From: Patescibacteria group bacterium
GTDB lineage: Bacteria; Patescibacteriota; JAHJAL01
Length of the DNA: 34,522 nt
Direction: 5' to 3'
NCBI GenBank assembly: GCA_036794765.1
Contig: DAIRGB010000002.1
Coordinates: 1 to 34,522, forward strand
Shown: piece after piece, positions 15,348 to 24,628 of the stretch
How positions within the stretch are numbered: position 1 is the stretch's first letter
Layout: each line of letters begins with the position of its first letter
Made by a program: the position numbers and the translations under genes
Notes under the pieces: generated by a model
Database searches by the model: none
What the model was told of the DNA's origin: nothing
Seen by the model: the letters and a program-made list of their open reading frames with translations, nothing else

Positions 15348-16739
15348 ATGAATAAACAAGATAATCCGGTTGAATTTGTACTGTTTGGAGCAAGTGGAGA
15401 CTTGTCGAGGGAGAAAATATATCCGGCTTTGTTCAATGTTTTTGATCCGGAAAAACAATTCTCATATTTGGGTTATTCTCGGACTTATTTTTCTGATGAG
15501 GAATTTAAAAATCTAGTGCGAGAGGCGGTGCTCAAAAAATATCCGCAGGCCGATTTGAAAAAATTGACCGAGTTTGTCGGTCGTTTTCATTATATTTGTG
15601 GTTCGTATGATGCAGAAGGTATTGCTCAGCTTAAGCATACGAAGAAAAATGTTTTTCGTTATTATTATTTGGCAATACCATCTGATTTGGTTTTGATAAA
15701 AAATATTGTGGAGGGTTTGGATCATCATCGGTTGGTAAAAAAAAGCGTGATTGTTCTTGAAAAACCTTTTGGGTTTGACTATGACTCGGCGAAAAAATTG
15801 AATAATTTTTTACGAAGGTTTTTTTCGGAAGAAATGATTTATCGGATTGATCATTATTTGGCCAAGGATTTGGTGCAGGATATTTTGGCGTTGCGTTTTG
15901 CCAATCCGATTTTTGTGCCGGTTTGGAATAATCGGTATATTCAGGACATTACGATTAATATTTGGGAGAAGGAAGGGATTAGAAATCGTGGCCAATATTA
16001 TGAAAATTCCGGAGCGATCAAGGATATGATTCAAAATCATGCTTTGCAGTTGTTGGCTTTGACTTTGATGGAAAGGCCAAAAAGTTTGTCGTATAACGAT
16101 ATTGATATAGCCAAGACGAATATTTTTAAGAAAATAAAATTATTTACTTGTGGGCGGGGAATGCCGGTAATGATTGGGCAGTATCAAGGTTATCGGCAGG
16201 AGAAGTATGTTGACCCAAAATCATTGGTAGAAACTTTTGTTTCTATGGTTTTGGAAGTCGATCATGAAGATTGGCGGGGGGTTCCAATACACATAGTTTC
16301 CGGGAAGAAAATGGCAAGAAAAACTACAGATATTATTATCAATTTTAAAAATATTGAGCATTGTTTTTGGAATCAAAATCGGTGTCAAATCAAAAATAAT
16401 CAAATCAGAATAAATATCCAACCGCATAATGATATTCATTTACAACTCAATTCGGAGTTTGACCCGGCTTCCAAATGTGCGATTCCGACGGTGTTGCGTT
16501 TTGGTTTTGAGGACAATAAATTTATTTTGAAAGACTCGTATGAAAATGCTTTGCAGGATTTGTTTTGTCAGGATCGACTAACTTGTACCAATTCCAGTGA
16601 GATATTGCTGGCATGGAAGTTTATTGATCAAGTAATAAAGCTGTTGGAATCAAACAGGAAAGAAAAATTGGTTATTTATGATACAAAGAAATTGGTCAAA
16701 ATTTTGGAAAAAGAATCTTGTTTGGCCAAGAGAATGTAG
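15348..16739 (+). CDS. zwf: Glucose-6-phosphate 1-dehydrogenase
   Basis: FGASGDLSREKIYPALF NADP-binding start, EKPFG and the RIDHYLAKD active-site motif. Starts 3 nt after pgl. Confidence 0.92.
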   Translation: MNKQDNPVEFVLFGASGDLSREKIYPALFNVFDPEKQFSYLGYSRTYFSDEEFKNLVREAVLKKYPQADLKKLTEFVGRFHYICGSYDAEGIAQLKHTKKNVFRYYYLAIPSDLVLIKNIVEGLDHHRLVKKSVIVLEKPFGFDYDSAKKLNNFLRRFFSEEMIYRIDHYLAKDLVQDILALRFANPIFVPVWNNRYIQDITINIWEKEGIRNRGQYYENSGAIKDMIQNHALQLLALTLMERPKSLSYNDIDIAKTNIFKKIKLFTCGRGMPVMIGQYQGYRQEKYVDPKSLVETFVSMVLEVDHEDWRGVPIHIVSGKKMARKTTDIIINFKNIEHCFWNQNRCQIKNNQIRINIQPHNDIHLQLNSEFDPASKCAIPTVLRFGFEDNKFILKDSYENALQDLFCQDRLTCTNSSEILLAWKFIDQVIKLLESNRKEKLVIYDTKKLVKILEKESCLAKRM

Positions 16740-16780
16740 GATAATTTTAAATTTATTTATTTTTATAGGGAGAGAAAAAA

Positions 16781-17092
16781 ATGAAATACTGTGAAGCGTG
16801 TGGAATGCCGTTGACTAAACCGGAGGATTTTGCCGGTGGGGATGAAAATTCCCGGTTTTGTTTGTATTGTGTCAATGAAGATGGGAGTGTTAAAAGTTGT
16901 GAGGAAATTTTTGAGGGCGGAGTGCAATTTTTTATCAGTCAAATTGGTAATGATCGAAATTTGGCGGAAAAAATTACACGGAAAAATATGAATACACAAA
17001 GCTATTGGCAGGGCAAAGATTGTCCGGTATTGCGAGGTGAACAAGCGACTGACGAAGAATTTGCCGAGGTAATGAAAAAGTTGTCAGTATAA
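16781..17092 (+). CDS. Putative zinc-ribbon domain protein
   Basis: N-terminal CEACGMP...CLYC four-Cys ribbon. RBS gggagag lies upstream. Confidence 0.6.
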   Translation: MKYCEACGMPLTKPEDFAGGDENSRFCLYCVNEDGSVKSCEEIFEGGVQFFISQIGNDRNLAEKITRKNMNTQSYWQGKDCPVLRGEQATDEEFAEVMKKLSV

Positions 17093-17110
17093 TATCATTA
17101 ATTTATTTTT

Positions 17111-17824
17111 GTGAATAAATTACTAATTGTTTTTTGTTTGTTGGTTGGTTTGACTGGTTGTGGCGGGAGGGAAGAAAAAATGACGGAAGAACAGGCAAGA
17201 AAAATAGCGGAGAAAACTTGTATCAAGGGTGGGGAAGCGTTGGGGTCGGGGAGTTATAATCCCAATTCCAAGACCTGGTGGTTTGATGCCAATTTGAACT
17301 CGGTGCGTGAGGGGTGTAATCCGGCCTGCGTGGTAAATCAGGAAACTAAAAAAGCGGAGATCAATTGGCGTTGTACTGGTTTATATAAAGATGAAAATCA
17401 AGATGATAATTTTTCTTTTAGTAATAAACAGTTGGATATAGCTGTGCGGGAGTATTTGAGGTCTCAAGAGGATTTTTGTTGGCAGACGGTGGAAGGGAGT
17501 GAGAAGATTTGCGTTTTTGAAAGGCTGGACAGTAATCAACTGTTTCCGCACTATTTGTGGGTGCGTTGTGGAGAATTTACAAAAAATGGGGATAAAGTCG
17601 AGGAAAATAGCGGTTCTTCGTTGCCGGTAATGATTGATTATCCAAATGAATTATCTTTTTTTGATCAGGAAAAATTTAGTCACAAAATTCCTCGTGATGG
17701 CTCTTTGTACCTGGAAGATATCAAGGATATTTTTCCGGGTGAATTACAGAATTTGGTGTTGGAATATGATCCGACTAAAATTAATGAAGAAATATTGGTG
17801 ACAGCGAAAGCGAAAGTTGGTTGA
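17111..17824 (+). CDS. Hypothetical lipoprotein
   Basis: GTG start. Signal peptide with lipobox LTGC (MNKLLIVFCLLVGLTGCGG). Confidence 0.6.
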   Translation: MNKLLIVFCLLVGLTGCGGREEKMTEEQARKIAEKTCIKGGEALGSGSYNPNSKTWWFDANLNSVREGCNPACVVNQETKKAEINWRCTGLYKDENQDDNFSFSNKQLDIAVREYLRSQEDFCWQTVEGSEKICVFERLDSNQLFPHYLWVRCGEFTKNGDKVEENSGSSLPVMIDYPNELSFFDQEKFSHKIPRDGSLYLEDIKDIFPGELQNLVLEYDPTKINEEILVTAKAKVG

Positions 17825-17851
17825 TAAAAATATTTAGCATAAGTAGAAAAT

Positions 17852-17893
17852 AAAAAAACCGCGGAAATATTGATATGATTCAGCGGTTTTTTT
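17852..17893. terminator. Possible bidirectional terminator between convergent genes
   Basis: aaaaaaaccgc ... gcggttttttt with a 20-nt loop. A/T tracts lie on both sides. Confidence 0.45.
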
Positions 17894-17912
17894 AATCGTG
17901 TTTGACAATTGT

Positions 17913-19604
17913 TTATTTGGACCAGGCTCGATCCCAGTATTCTTGAACCATGCGGTGAGAATTGAAATAGGAGCCGTTTTTGGCAATGCAGTTTTTCATA
18001 ATTTGTATCCATTGGTCTTGATGGTTGTAAAAGAGAGGAACGATGTTTTTTTCTAGTTTGTCGTAGATGTTGTTTGCATCTTTGTGATCGCGTTCTTCAA
18101 CAGTAAGATTATTTTGGTCGTTGTGATTGTCGATCGACCAGCCAGTTGTTCCCTCCCCTTCGATTTCGGCTTCGGCCCACCAGCCGTCGATAGAACTAAG
18201 CGATGGGATGCCGTTGAGGGCGGCTTTCATGCCGGATGTGCCGGAAGCTTCCATGAGGGGAATGGGGTTGTTGAGCCAAAGATCTGCACCCTGAGTTAAA
18301 AATTTGGCTACCTTGATGTTGTAGTTTTCAAGATAAGCGATTTTGAGGTTGTCCTTGAAGTTGTTTTTGGTATGAAATATTTTTTTGATAATTTCTTGTC
18401 CTTCCAGATCACTGGGGTGAGCCTTGCCGGCGAAAATAATTTGGATAGGTCGAATGTTGCAAATTTGGCAGATTCTTTCCGGGTTTAATAAGATCAGGTC
18501 GGGTCGTTTGTAGCCGGTAATCCGGCGGGCAAAACAGATAGTAAAATAATCATTGTCCATTCCGGCGTTAGTAACTTGATTGGTAAAGTCGATCAAAGCT
18601 TTTTTGTTTTCTTTGTGAGCTTTAGCAATTTCTTCATTGGTAGCTTGGGTTAGATTGGAGAGTTGCTGAGGTTTTAATCGCCATTCGGGAGCATAGTGGT
18701 CAAAGATTTTGGCGAAGGGAGCGGAAACCCAAGATCCGGGGTGGGCTCCATTGGTGATGTATTCGATGTTGAATAAAGGGAAAATATTGCGGGAGACTTC
18801 GCCATGAATTTTACTGACAGCATTGATAAAACCTGATGATTGCAAGGCCAGTTGAGTTAGGTGAAAAAGGTTGTTGGAGATAGTAGTGGGGGGAAGTTCG
18901 TCGATGTAATGATTGAGATAGCGGTTGGCGATATCGATTGGAAAAAGATCGTGACCGGCGGGGACGGAAGTATGAGTGGTAAAAACGAGATGCGGTCTTA
19001 AAGATGACAGGTCGATTTGGCGAGAGTTGTTGAGTTTTTGGTTTAATTTGATAGTGAGAAGGGCGGAGTGTCCTTCGTTGAGATGATATTTTTTAATATT
19101 ATTAAATCCCAGTTTTTCCAATATTTCAAAACCGCCGATACCTAGGACGATTTCTTGACTTAATCGGTAGTCTTGATCTTCGCCTTTGTATAAATGACTG
19201 GTGAGATGGCGATCGTATTCGTTGTTGGAAGCGATGTTGGTATCCAAGAAATAGACGGGAATTTCAAAGCCGGTTTCTCCTTTAACAATATATTCCCAGA
19301 CTTGAATGGTGATTTCCCGATCTTGGATAAAAATTGTGGTTTGAGTGGGAATTAGCTTCAAATAGTCATTGATGCTCCAATTGGTAGGTTGAGCGTTTTG
19401 GTTGCCTTCTTTGTCAATTTGTTGGAAGAAATAGCCATGTTCGTTGAGCATGGTGATTGCAACTAGGGGTATCTCCAGATCGGCGCAAGACTTAATAGTA
19501 TCTCCGGCTAATATTCCCAAACCGCCGCTATAAGTGGGGATGGAGTTTCTGATTCCGACTTCCATACTAAAATAAGCGATCGAGAATTTTGTTTGATCAA
19601 GCAT
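17913..19604 (-). CDS. glgP: Alpha-glucan (glycogen) phosphorylase, short GT35 form
   Basis: FSMEVGI...YSGGLGILAGD N-terminus and the EASGTSGMKAALNG pyridoxal-phosphate region. Confidence 0.9.
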   Translation of the reverse strand: MLDQTKFSIAYFSMEVGIRNSIPTYSGGLGILAGDTIKSCADLEIPLVAITMLNEHGYFFQQIDKEGNQNAQPTNWSINDYLKLIPTQTTIFIQDREITIQVWEYIVKGETGFEIPVYFLDTNIASNNEYDRHLTSHLYKGEDQDYRLSQEIVLGIGGFEILEKLGFNNIKKYHLNEGHSALLTIKLNQKLNNSRQIDLSSLRPHLVFTTHTSVPAGHDLFPIDIANRYLNHYIDELPPTTISNNLFHLTQLALQSSGFINAVSKIHGEVSRNIFPLFNIEYITNGAHPGSWVSAPFAKIFDHYAPEWRLKPQQLSNLTQATNEEIAKAHKENKKALIDFTNQVTNAGMDNDYFTICFARRITGYKRPDLILLNPERICQICNIRPIQIIFAGKAHPSDLEGQEIIKKIFHTKNNFKDNLKIAYLENYNIKVAKFLTQGADLWLNNPIPLMEASGTSGMKAALNGIPSLSSIDGWWAEAEIEGEGTTGWSIDNHNDQNNLTVEERDHKDANNIYDKLEKNIVPLFYNHQDQWIQIMKNCIAKNGSYFNSHRMVQEYWDRAWSK

Positions 19605-19611
19605 AGATAAT

Positions 19612-19675
19612 AATTTTTTAATTTTTAATTTTTAATTTTTAAAACAAATTGGCTTAAACATTAAAAATTAAAAAC
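19612..19675 (+). repeat. Element D2: four aattttt heptads plus a 14-bp AT hairpin (19629-19642 / 19661-19674), with a loop containing aaattggcttaaaca
   Basis: Co-linear with D1 on the + strand (T-rich heptads, then aaattggctta, then ttaaaaatt). Lies just upstream of the glgP start codon. Confidence 0.6.
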
Positions 19676-19703
19676 AAATATTGAGTTGAGATGATAGAAA
19701 ATA

Positions 19704-20897
19704 TTATTTTTTGATTTTTATGACTCGGCCATCACTGGTGGTTTGGTAGGTAATTCCACTCCAGGTGATGCGGTTGGTGAGGTAGGTAGTCATGTAGCCG
19801 AAGATTTGAACCAGGCGAAAATATGGGGAAAGAATTATGTAAAGCGGGTATTTTGGTATTGGTCCCAATAGGGCATGGAGAGAAGCCAAGATCATTTCAA
19901 TTGCAATAAATACGGTGGGAATGTAGCCGCCAAATTGCCTAAAGGTGTATTCGTCAAATTGACTAAGGCTAAAGCTTATAACAAACCAAAAATAAAAAAT
20001 AAAATAATATAGATTGAGGAGCCCGAAAATAAAAAACCAGATTCTTTTGCGATAGAGTTTGAGGTACATTAATTGGCGAAAGAACCAACGGTTGTAAGTG
20101 TCGAAATCAGCTGAATGTGTAGTGGATAGACTGACAGCGGTTGGAACAAAAAGAGTTTGATGGTTGTTGTCTGACAAAATTTTGGAGAGACTGGTGTCAT
20201 CGGAGACGGAGCGAGACCAGTATTTGGCTACTTTTAATTTTTCAAAAGTTTTGTGGCGGATAGCAATAGATCCACCCCAAAGTAATGAAAATTTCATGAA
20301 GGATGAAGCAAAACAAAGTAGGGAGAAGATAATTGTGCTATTGAAAAGAAAAAATAGTTCTCCGATGCTATTGAAGGAGATTTTTGGCCAGTAATAGCTG
20401 GTGGTGGCGGTAATATTGGGATCGGAAAGAGGGAGGATTAGTTCGGTAAGCCAGTTGTTTTGGACGGTAATGTCAGCATCAGCAAAAACCAGAATTTCTG
20501 GGTGATTGGTGTGATTGAGAGCAGTTAGTAAATTTTGATTTTTTTGACTGCAGAGGCGGCAGGAATGAGCGACAACTAGTTTGGCATGCCGATGTCCCGA
20601 AATTACTTTTTTGATGTGTTGATAGGCGGGGTCGGTTTTGCTTTCAACGGCAAAGATTATTTCGTAGTTGGAATATTTTTGGGCGATAAAGCTTTTCAGG
20701 TGTTTATCGAGAGTGGAAGAGGTTCCTTTGACAGCAATAATTAGAGAACAAAATGGTTTAAGTTTTTGATCAAATTTGGGTCGGATGGTTTTCGGATAGT
20801 GATGTTTTTGGTAAAACCAGGTAAGAATAACGGAAAAAAAGTTGATGGAAAGGACGCTGACGGGTATTAGACAAAGTATAAAAAGAATTAGATCCAT
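19704..20897 (-). CDS. Membrane glycosyltransferase, GT2/GT21-like (ceramide glucosyltransferase / HpnI-like architecture)
   Basis: N-terminal TM, FADADI (DxD-like), GGSIAIR, SDDTSL and C-terminal TM helices. Confidence 0.7.
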   Translation of the reverse strand: MDLILFILCLIPVSVLSINFFSVILTWFYQKHHYPKTIRPKFDQKLKPFCSLIIAVKGTSSTLDKHLKSFIAQKYSNYEIIFAVESKTDPAYQHIKKVISGHRHAKLVVAHSCRLCSQKNQNLLTALNHTNHPEILVFADADITVQNNWLTELILPLSDPNITATTSYYWPKISFNSIGELFFLFNSTIIFSLLCFASSFMKFSLLWGGSIAIRHKTFEKLKVAKYWSRSVSDDTSLSKILSDNNHQTLFVPTAVSLSTTHSADFDTYNRWFFRQLMYLKLYRKRIWFFIFGLLNLYYFIFYFWFVISFSLSQFDEYTFRQFGGYIPTVFIAIEMILASLHALLGPIPKYPLYIILSPYFRLVQIFGYMTTYLTNRITWSGITYQTTSDGRVIKIKK

Positions 20898-20959
20898 CTG
20901 GTATAAAAAAATTATTGCTATAGATTATTTTGACATAATTGTTATCTTTTAGCAAAAAT

Positions 20960-22189
20960 TTACTCATACCTGAGGGCGGTGATTGGATCGAGATTGGCGG
21001 CTTTGTTGGCCGGATATAATCCGAAAATTATTCCAAAGATAGAAGCGACGACGAGGGATAAGATCACGGATATAGGAGTAATTTCGGGGCGGAGAGTCGA
21101 AAATATTTGGACCATCAAGGTTGTAAAATATCCAAGAAGGATACCCACAACTCCGCCGATAATAGTTAGGATGACAGCTTCGATTAAAAATTGAGTGCGG
21201 ATATCAGGTATGGTGGCGCCCAAGGCTTTGCGCAAGCCAATTTCACGAGTGCGTTCAGTGACAGAAACGAGCATAATATTCATTATACCAATGCCGCCGA
21301 CGATTAAAGAGATAGCGGCGATGGCTCCAAGTAAGATTGATAATATTCCTGTGATTTCTGAAAGAATGTCCAGGGCTTGTTTGATATCATAAATAGTAAA
21401 ATCGTCGTTGGCTGGGTCGGTGATGTTGTGGCGATTGCGCAAAATCGTGCCGATCTGTTGTTTGGCGATTTCCAAAGATTTGCTGTTGGTGGCTTGAATA
21501 TTGATATCAAAGAGATGATTAATACCTAGCAGTTGTTTCTGAGTAGTGGTAACAGGTAAATAGATGACTTTGTCTAGATCCACTCCGTCTTCATTGCCTT
21601 TGTCTTCGGTAATCCCGATAATTGTAAAATTGATTTGGTTAATTTTTATGGTTTGCCCGATGGCTTTTTGGTTGGGAAAAAGTATCGTGGTTACTTTGGG
21701 ACCAACTACAGCCAAACGACTTAAGCTATTAACTTCTTTTTCATCAAATATTCTGCCTTCGACAATTTTGACATTGCGAATGGTAAAATATTCTGCTGTG
21801 CTGCCAAAAACTGTGGCGTTCATTTCGCCCAGGGGAGAGGAGGTTTTGAATTGACCGCGAACTTCGGGGGCGACTAAGTCTATTGCGGTGCCGATCGAGG
21901 AATTTTTTAAAGCTTCGGCGTCGTTGTAGGTCAAGCTGGTGATACTTAATCCTTGTTGAGAGGGTGGAGCGGAAAATTCGCTGTCGGATTTCCCCGGGAC
22001 GACTACGATCAGGTTGTCACCGACAGTGGCTACCTGGTCCAAAATATAGTTTTCTGCGCCTTTGCCGAGAGCCATGAGAGTAATAACGGAAAAAATACCG
22101 ATAACAATGCCCAAAATTGTCAAAAATGCACGAATTTTATTTTTGAAGATGGCATTGACCGATATTTTTATTAATGATAGTAGGTCCAT
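20960..22189 (-). CDS. ABC transporter permease, MacB/FtsX family (paralogue 2)
   Basis: MacB_PCD-type periplasmic domain between TM1 and TM2. C-terminal FtsX motif GGIGIMNIMLVSVTERTREIGLRKALGA. Confidence 0.9.
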   Translation of the reverse strand: MDLLSLIKISVNAIFKNKIRAFLTILGIVIGIFSVITLMALGKGAENYILDQVATVGDNLIVVVPGKSDSEFSAPPSQQGLSITSLTYNDAEALKNSSIGTAIDLVAPEVRGQFKTSSPLGEMNATVFGSTAEYFTIRNVKIVEGRIFDEKEVNSLSRLAVVGPKVTTILFPNQKAIGQTIKINQINFTIIGITEDKGNEDGVDLDKVIYLPVTTTQKQLLGINHLFDINIQATNSKSLEIAKQQIGTILRNRHNITDPANDDFTIYDIKQALDILSEITGILSILLGAIAAISLIVGGIGIMNIMLVSVTERTREIGLRKALGATIPDIRTQFLIEAVILTIIGGVVGILLGYFTTLMVQIFSTLRPEITPISVILSLVVASIFGIIFGLYPANKAANLDPITALRYE

Positions 22190-22198
22190 AAAATTTAA

Positions 22199-23434
22199 TT
22201 ATTGGAAACGCAAGGCTTCAATGGGGTTCAATTTGGCGGCTTGGTTGGCCGGATATATGCCAAAGACTAAACCAAAAATGGTTGAAACGCTGATAGCCAG
22301 GAAAATAGACAATAATGACACAGAGGCTTTTAATGGCGTAAAGGCACTGATTAAAAAAGTTATGCTGGCGCCGGCGATAATGCCGATAATTCCACCTAGG
22401 AGAGTGATAAAGACCGCTTCAGCTACGAATTGCCAAAGGATGTCATTTTTTTTGGCACCAATTGATTTTCTCAAGCCGATTTCTTTGGTGCGTTCGGTGA
22501 CAGAAACGAGCATGATATTCATAATACCGATGCCGCCGACCAAGAGAGAAATAGAGGCGATGGCGGCTAGAAATAAGGAAAAGGCATTGGTGATATTGTT
22601 GACGATGGAAAGAGCTTCTTTGGTGTCATTGATAATAAAATCAGGTTTTTCACCGTCTTTAATGTTGTGGCGATTGCGTAGGATGTTTTTGGCTTGGTCG
22701 GCGGCGAGTTCAGTGGTGTTTTCCGAATCGGCTACAGCGGAAATACTATTTACGTAATTGATTCCCAAAATTAGTTTTTGAGCAGTGGTGATTGGAATAT
22801 AAACAATTTTGTCCAAATCGACACCGTATTGGCCCTGACCTTTTTCTTCGGTGATGCCTATTACTTTAAAATTATAGTTGTTGATTTTTATGTCTTCGCC
22901 TATACCGTCACTGTTGGGGAAGAGATCTGATTTGGCTTTTGGGCCCAGGACGGCAACTCGGCTTAAAGATTCGGTTTCTCTTTCTTCAAAGGAACGGCCG
23001 GAAACAATTTTGGTGTTGCGAATAGAAAAATATGAGGGTGTGGTGCCATAAAATTGGATTAGTTTTTCGTTGAAGACGGAAGACACGGCAACTTGGCTAC
23101 CGACAGTGGCAGTGGTGTCGGAGATATTGGGGGCTAGCGGGTTGTTTTTGAGGGCTAAAGCGTCGTCGTAAGTAAGGGTAGTGATTACAATACCGGAAAA
23201 GGAAGCGGGGGCGGAAAAGCCTTCTTCTTCTGGTGTTCCGGGGAAAATATTTACTATGTTGCTTCCCAAAGAACGGACTTTGTCCAGGATATAAGTTTGA
23301 GCGCCATCACCAAGGGCCATAAGAATAATGACGGACGAGATGCCGATAACCACTCCAAGAATACTTAGAAAAGTCCGACTTTTGTTGGATAACAAGGCTT
23401 GCAAGGCTAGTTTTAGGGTGACTGAAAAAGGCAT
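22199..23434 (-). CDS. ABC transporter permease, MacB/FtsX family (paralogue 1)
   Basis: Same architecture as the neighbouring permease. Motif GGIGIMNIMLVSVTERTKEIGLRKSIGA. Confidence 0.9.
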   Translation of the reverse strand: MPFSVTLKLALQALLSNKSRTFLSILGVVIGISSVIILMALGDGAQTYILDKVRSLGSNIVNIFPGTPEEEGFSAPASFSGIVITTLTYDDALALKNNPLAPNISDTTATVGSQVAVSSVFNEKLIQFYGTTPSYFSIRNTKIVSGRSFEERETESLSRVAVLGPKAKSDLFPNSDGIGEDIKINNYNFKVIGITEEKGQGQYGVDLDKIVYIPITTAQKLILGINYVNSISAVADSENTTELAADQAKNILRNRHNIKDGEKPDFIINDTKEALSIVNNITNAFSLFLAAIASISLLVGGIGIMNIMLVSVTERTKEIGLRKSIGAKKNDILWQFVAEAVFITLLGGIIGIIAGASITFLISAFTPLKASVSLLSIFLAISVSTIFGLVFGIYPANQAAKLNPIEALRFQ

Positions 23435-23465
23435 GGAGTAGTAATATTTGGATAATGGTAAATAT

Positions 23466-23762
23466 TTAATTTTTTGGTTTTGGTTCTTTGTCTTTGCCGC
23501 TAAATTTTCCCAGGTAGTAAGTAATTACAACGGCGAGAGTAGTGACGATGAGGGCGTACCAGATTTTGGCGAATAATTGATCTTGAGTGGGAAAATAGAT
23601 TTCAAAAAATGCTTTGATAGCGTCGTTCCAAGCCAGAGCAGCAACCAGACCAAAGGCTGAAGTGGCGAGAGTAAACATTTTGTCGGTTACGCTTTTTTTA
23701 ATTTCGGCCTGCTCTTTTTTTAATAACTGATATATTTTTTTTAGTTGGGGATCTTTGTTCAA
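23466..23762 (-). CDS. Small 2-TM membrane protein embedded in the ABC operon
   Basis: 98 aa with the motif LVAALAWNDAIKAFF. From memory only (unverified), it resembles the short conserved DUF5654-type membrane proteins. Confidence 0.55.
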   Translation of the reverse strand: MNKDPQLKKIYQLLKKEQAEIKKSVTDKMFTLATSAFGLVAALAWNDAIKAFFEIYFPTQDQLFAKIWYALIVTTLAVVITYYLGKFSGKDKEPKPKN

Positions 23763-23837
23763 GGTATTTTTATTAATATTTAAGTAAAAATTACTTGTGG
23801 AAAAATTGGGGATAAGTTTTATATGATTTGAATAGTC

Positions 23838-24602
23838 TTATTGGTTGCTGTCTTTGATTAAACTTGAAGTGGATATTTCTTGTCTGTTCCCGTTTTTGAT
23901 ATGGGGAACAACTTCATCTTTTTGGATAATTCCATCTCGCAGTCGAATAATTCTTTTGGCACAATTAGCAATATCTTCTTCATGGGTGACCATGACGATG
24001 GTGTTGCCGGATTGATTTATTTTTTCAAATAGATTGATAATTTCGACTTCGGTTTTTGAATCCAGGTTGCCGGTTGGTTCGTCAGCGAAAATAAGATCCG
24101 GCTGGTTGACCAGGGCGCGAGCGATAGCTACGCGTTGTTGTTGACCTCCTGATAGTTCATTGGGGAGGTGGTATAACCTGTCGGAAAGCCCGACGCTTTC
24201 TAGGGCAGTCAATGCTTTGTTTCGTCTCTCTTTGGCAGGAACACCGGCGTAAATCAGAGGTAATTCAACATTGTCTAAGGCAGAAGTGCGTGCCAGAAGA
24301 TTGTATGATTGGAAAATAAAACCGATTTTTTGGTTTCTAATGGAAGCCAGATCGTCATCGGAAAGATTATTGGTATTGTGTCCCAAAAAATTGTATGTGC
24401 CGCCTGATGCTCGGTCCAAGAAACCAATGATATTCATCAATGTTGATTTTCCTGAGCCGGAAGGACCCATAATGGCGACATATTCACCTTTATAAATATT
24501 TAGGTTTATTCCTTTTAAAACGTTTATTGTTAGTTTGTCCAGGTAATAATTTTTGGTAATGTTGTCCAATTCGATAACCGGGACTGGTGTTTGATTGTTC
24601 AT
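23838..24602 (-). CDS. ABC transporter ATP-binding protein, MacB/LolD type
   Basis: Walker [10 protein letters not shown], signature [15 protein letters not shown], Walker [13 protein letters not shown]. Confidence 0.95.
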   Translation of the reverse strand: MNNQTPVPVIELDNITKNYYLDKLTINVLKGINLNIYKGEYVAIMGPSGSGKSTLMNIIGFLDRASGGTYNFLGHNTNNLSDDDLASIRNQKIGFIFQSYNLLARTSALDNVELPLIYAGVPAKERRNKALTALESVGLSDRLYHLPNELSGGQQQRVAIARALVNQPDLIFADEPTGNLDSKTEVEIINLFEKINQSGNTIVMVTHEEDIANCAKRIIRLRDGIIQKDEVVPHIKNGNRQEISTSSLIKDSNQ

Positions 24603-24628
24603 AAATAGATATAGGTGAGGGATTTATT

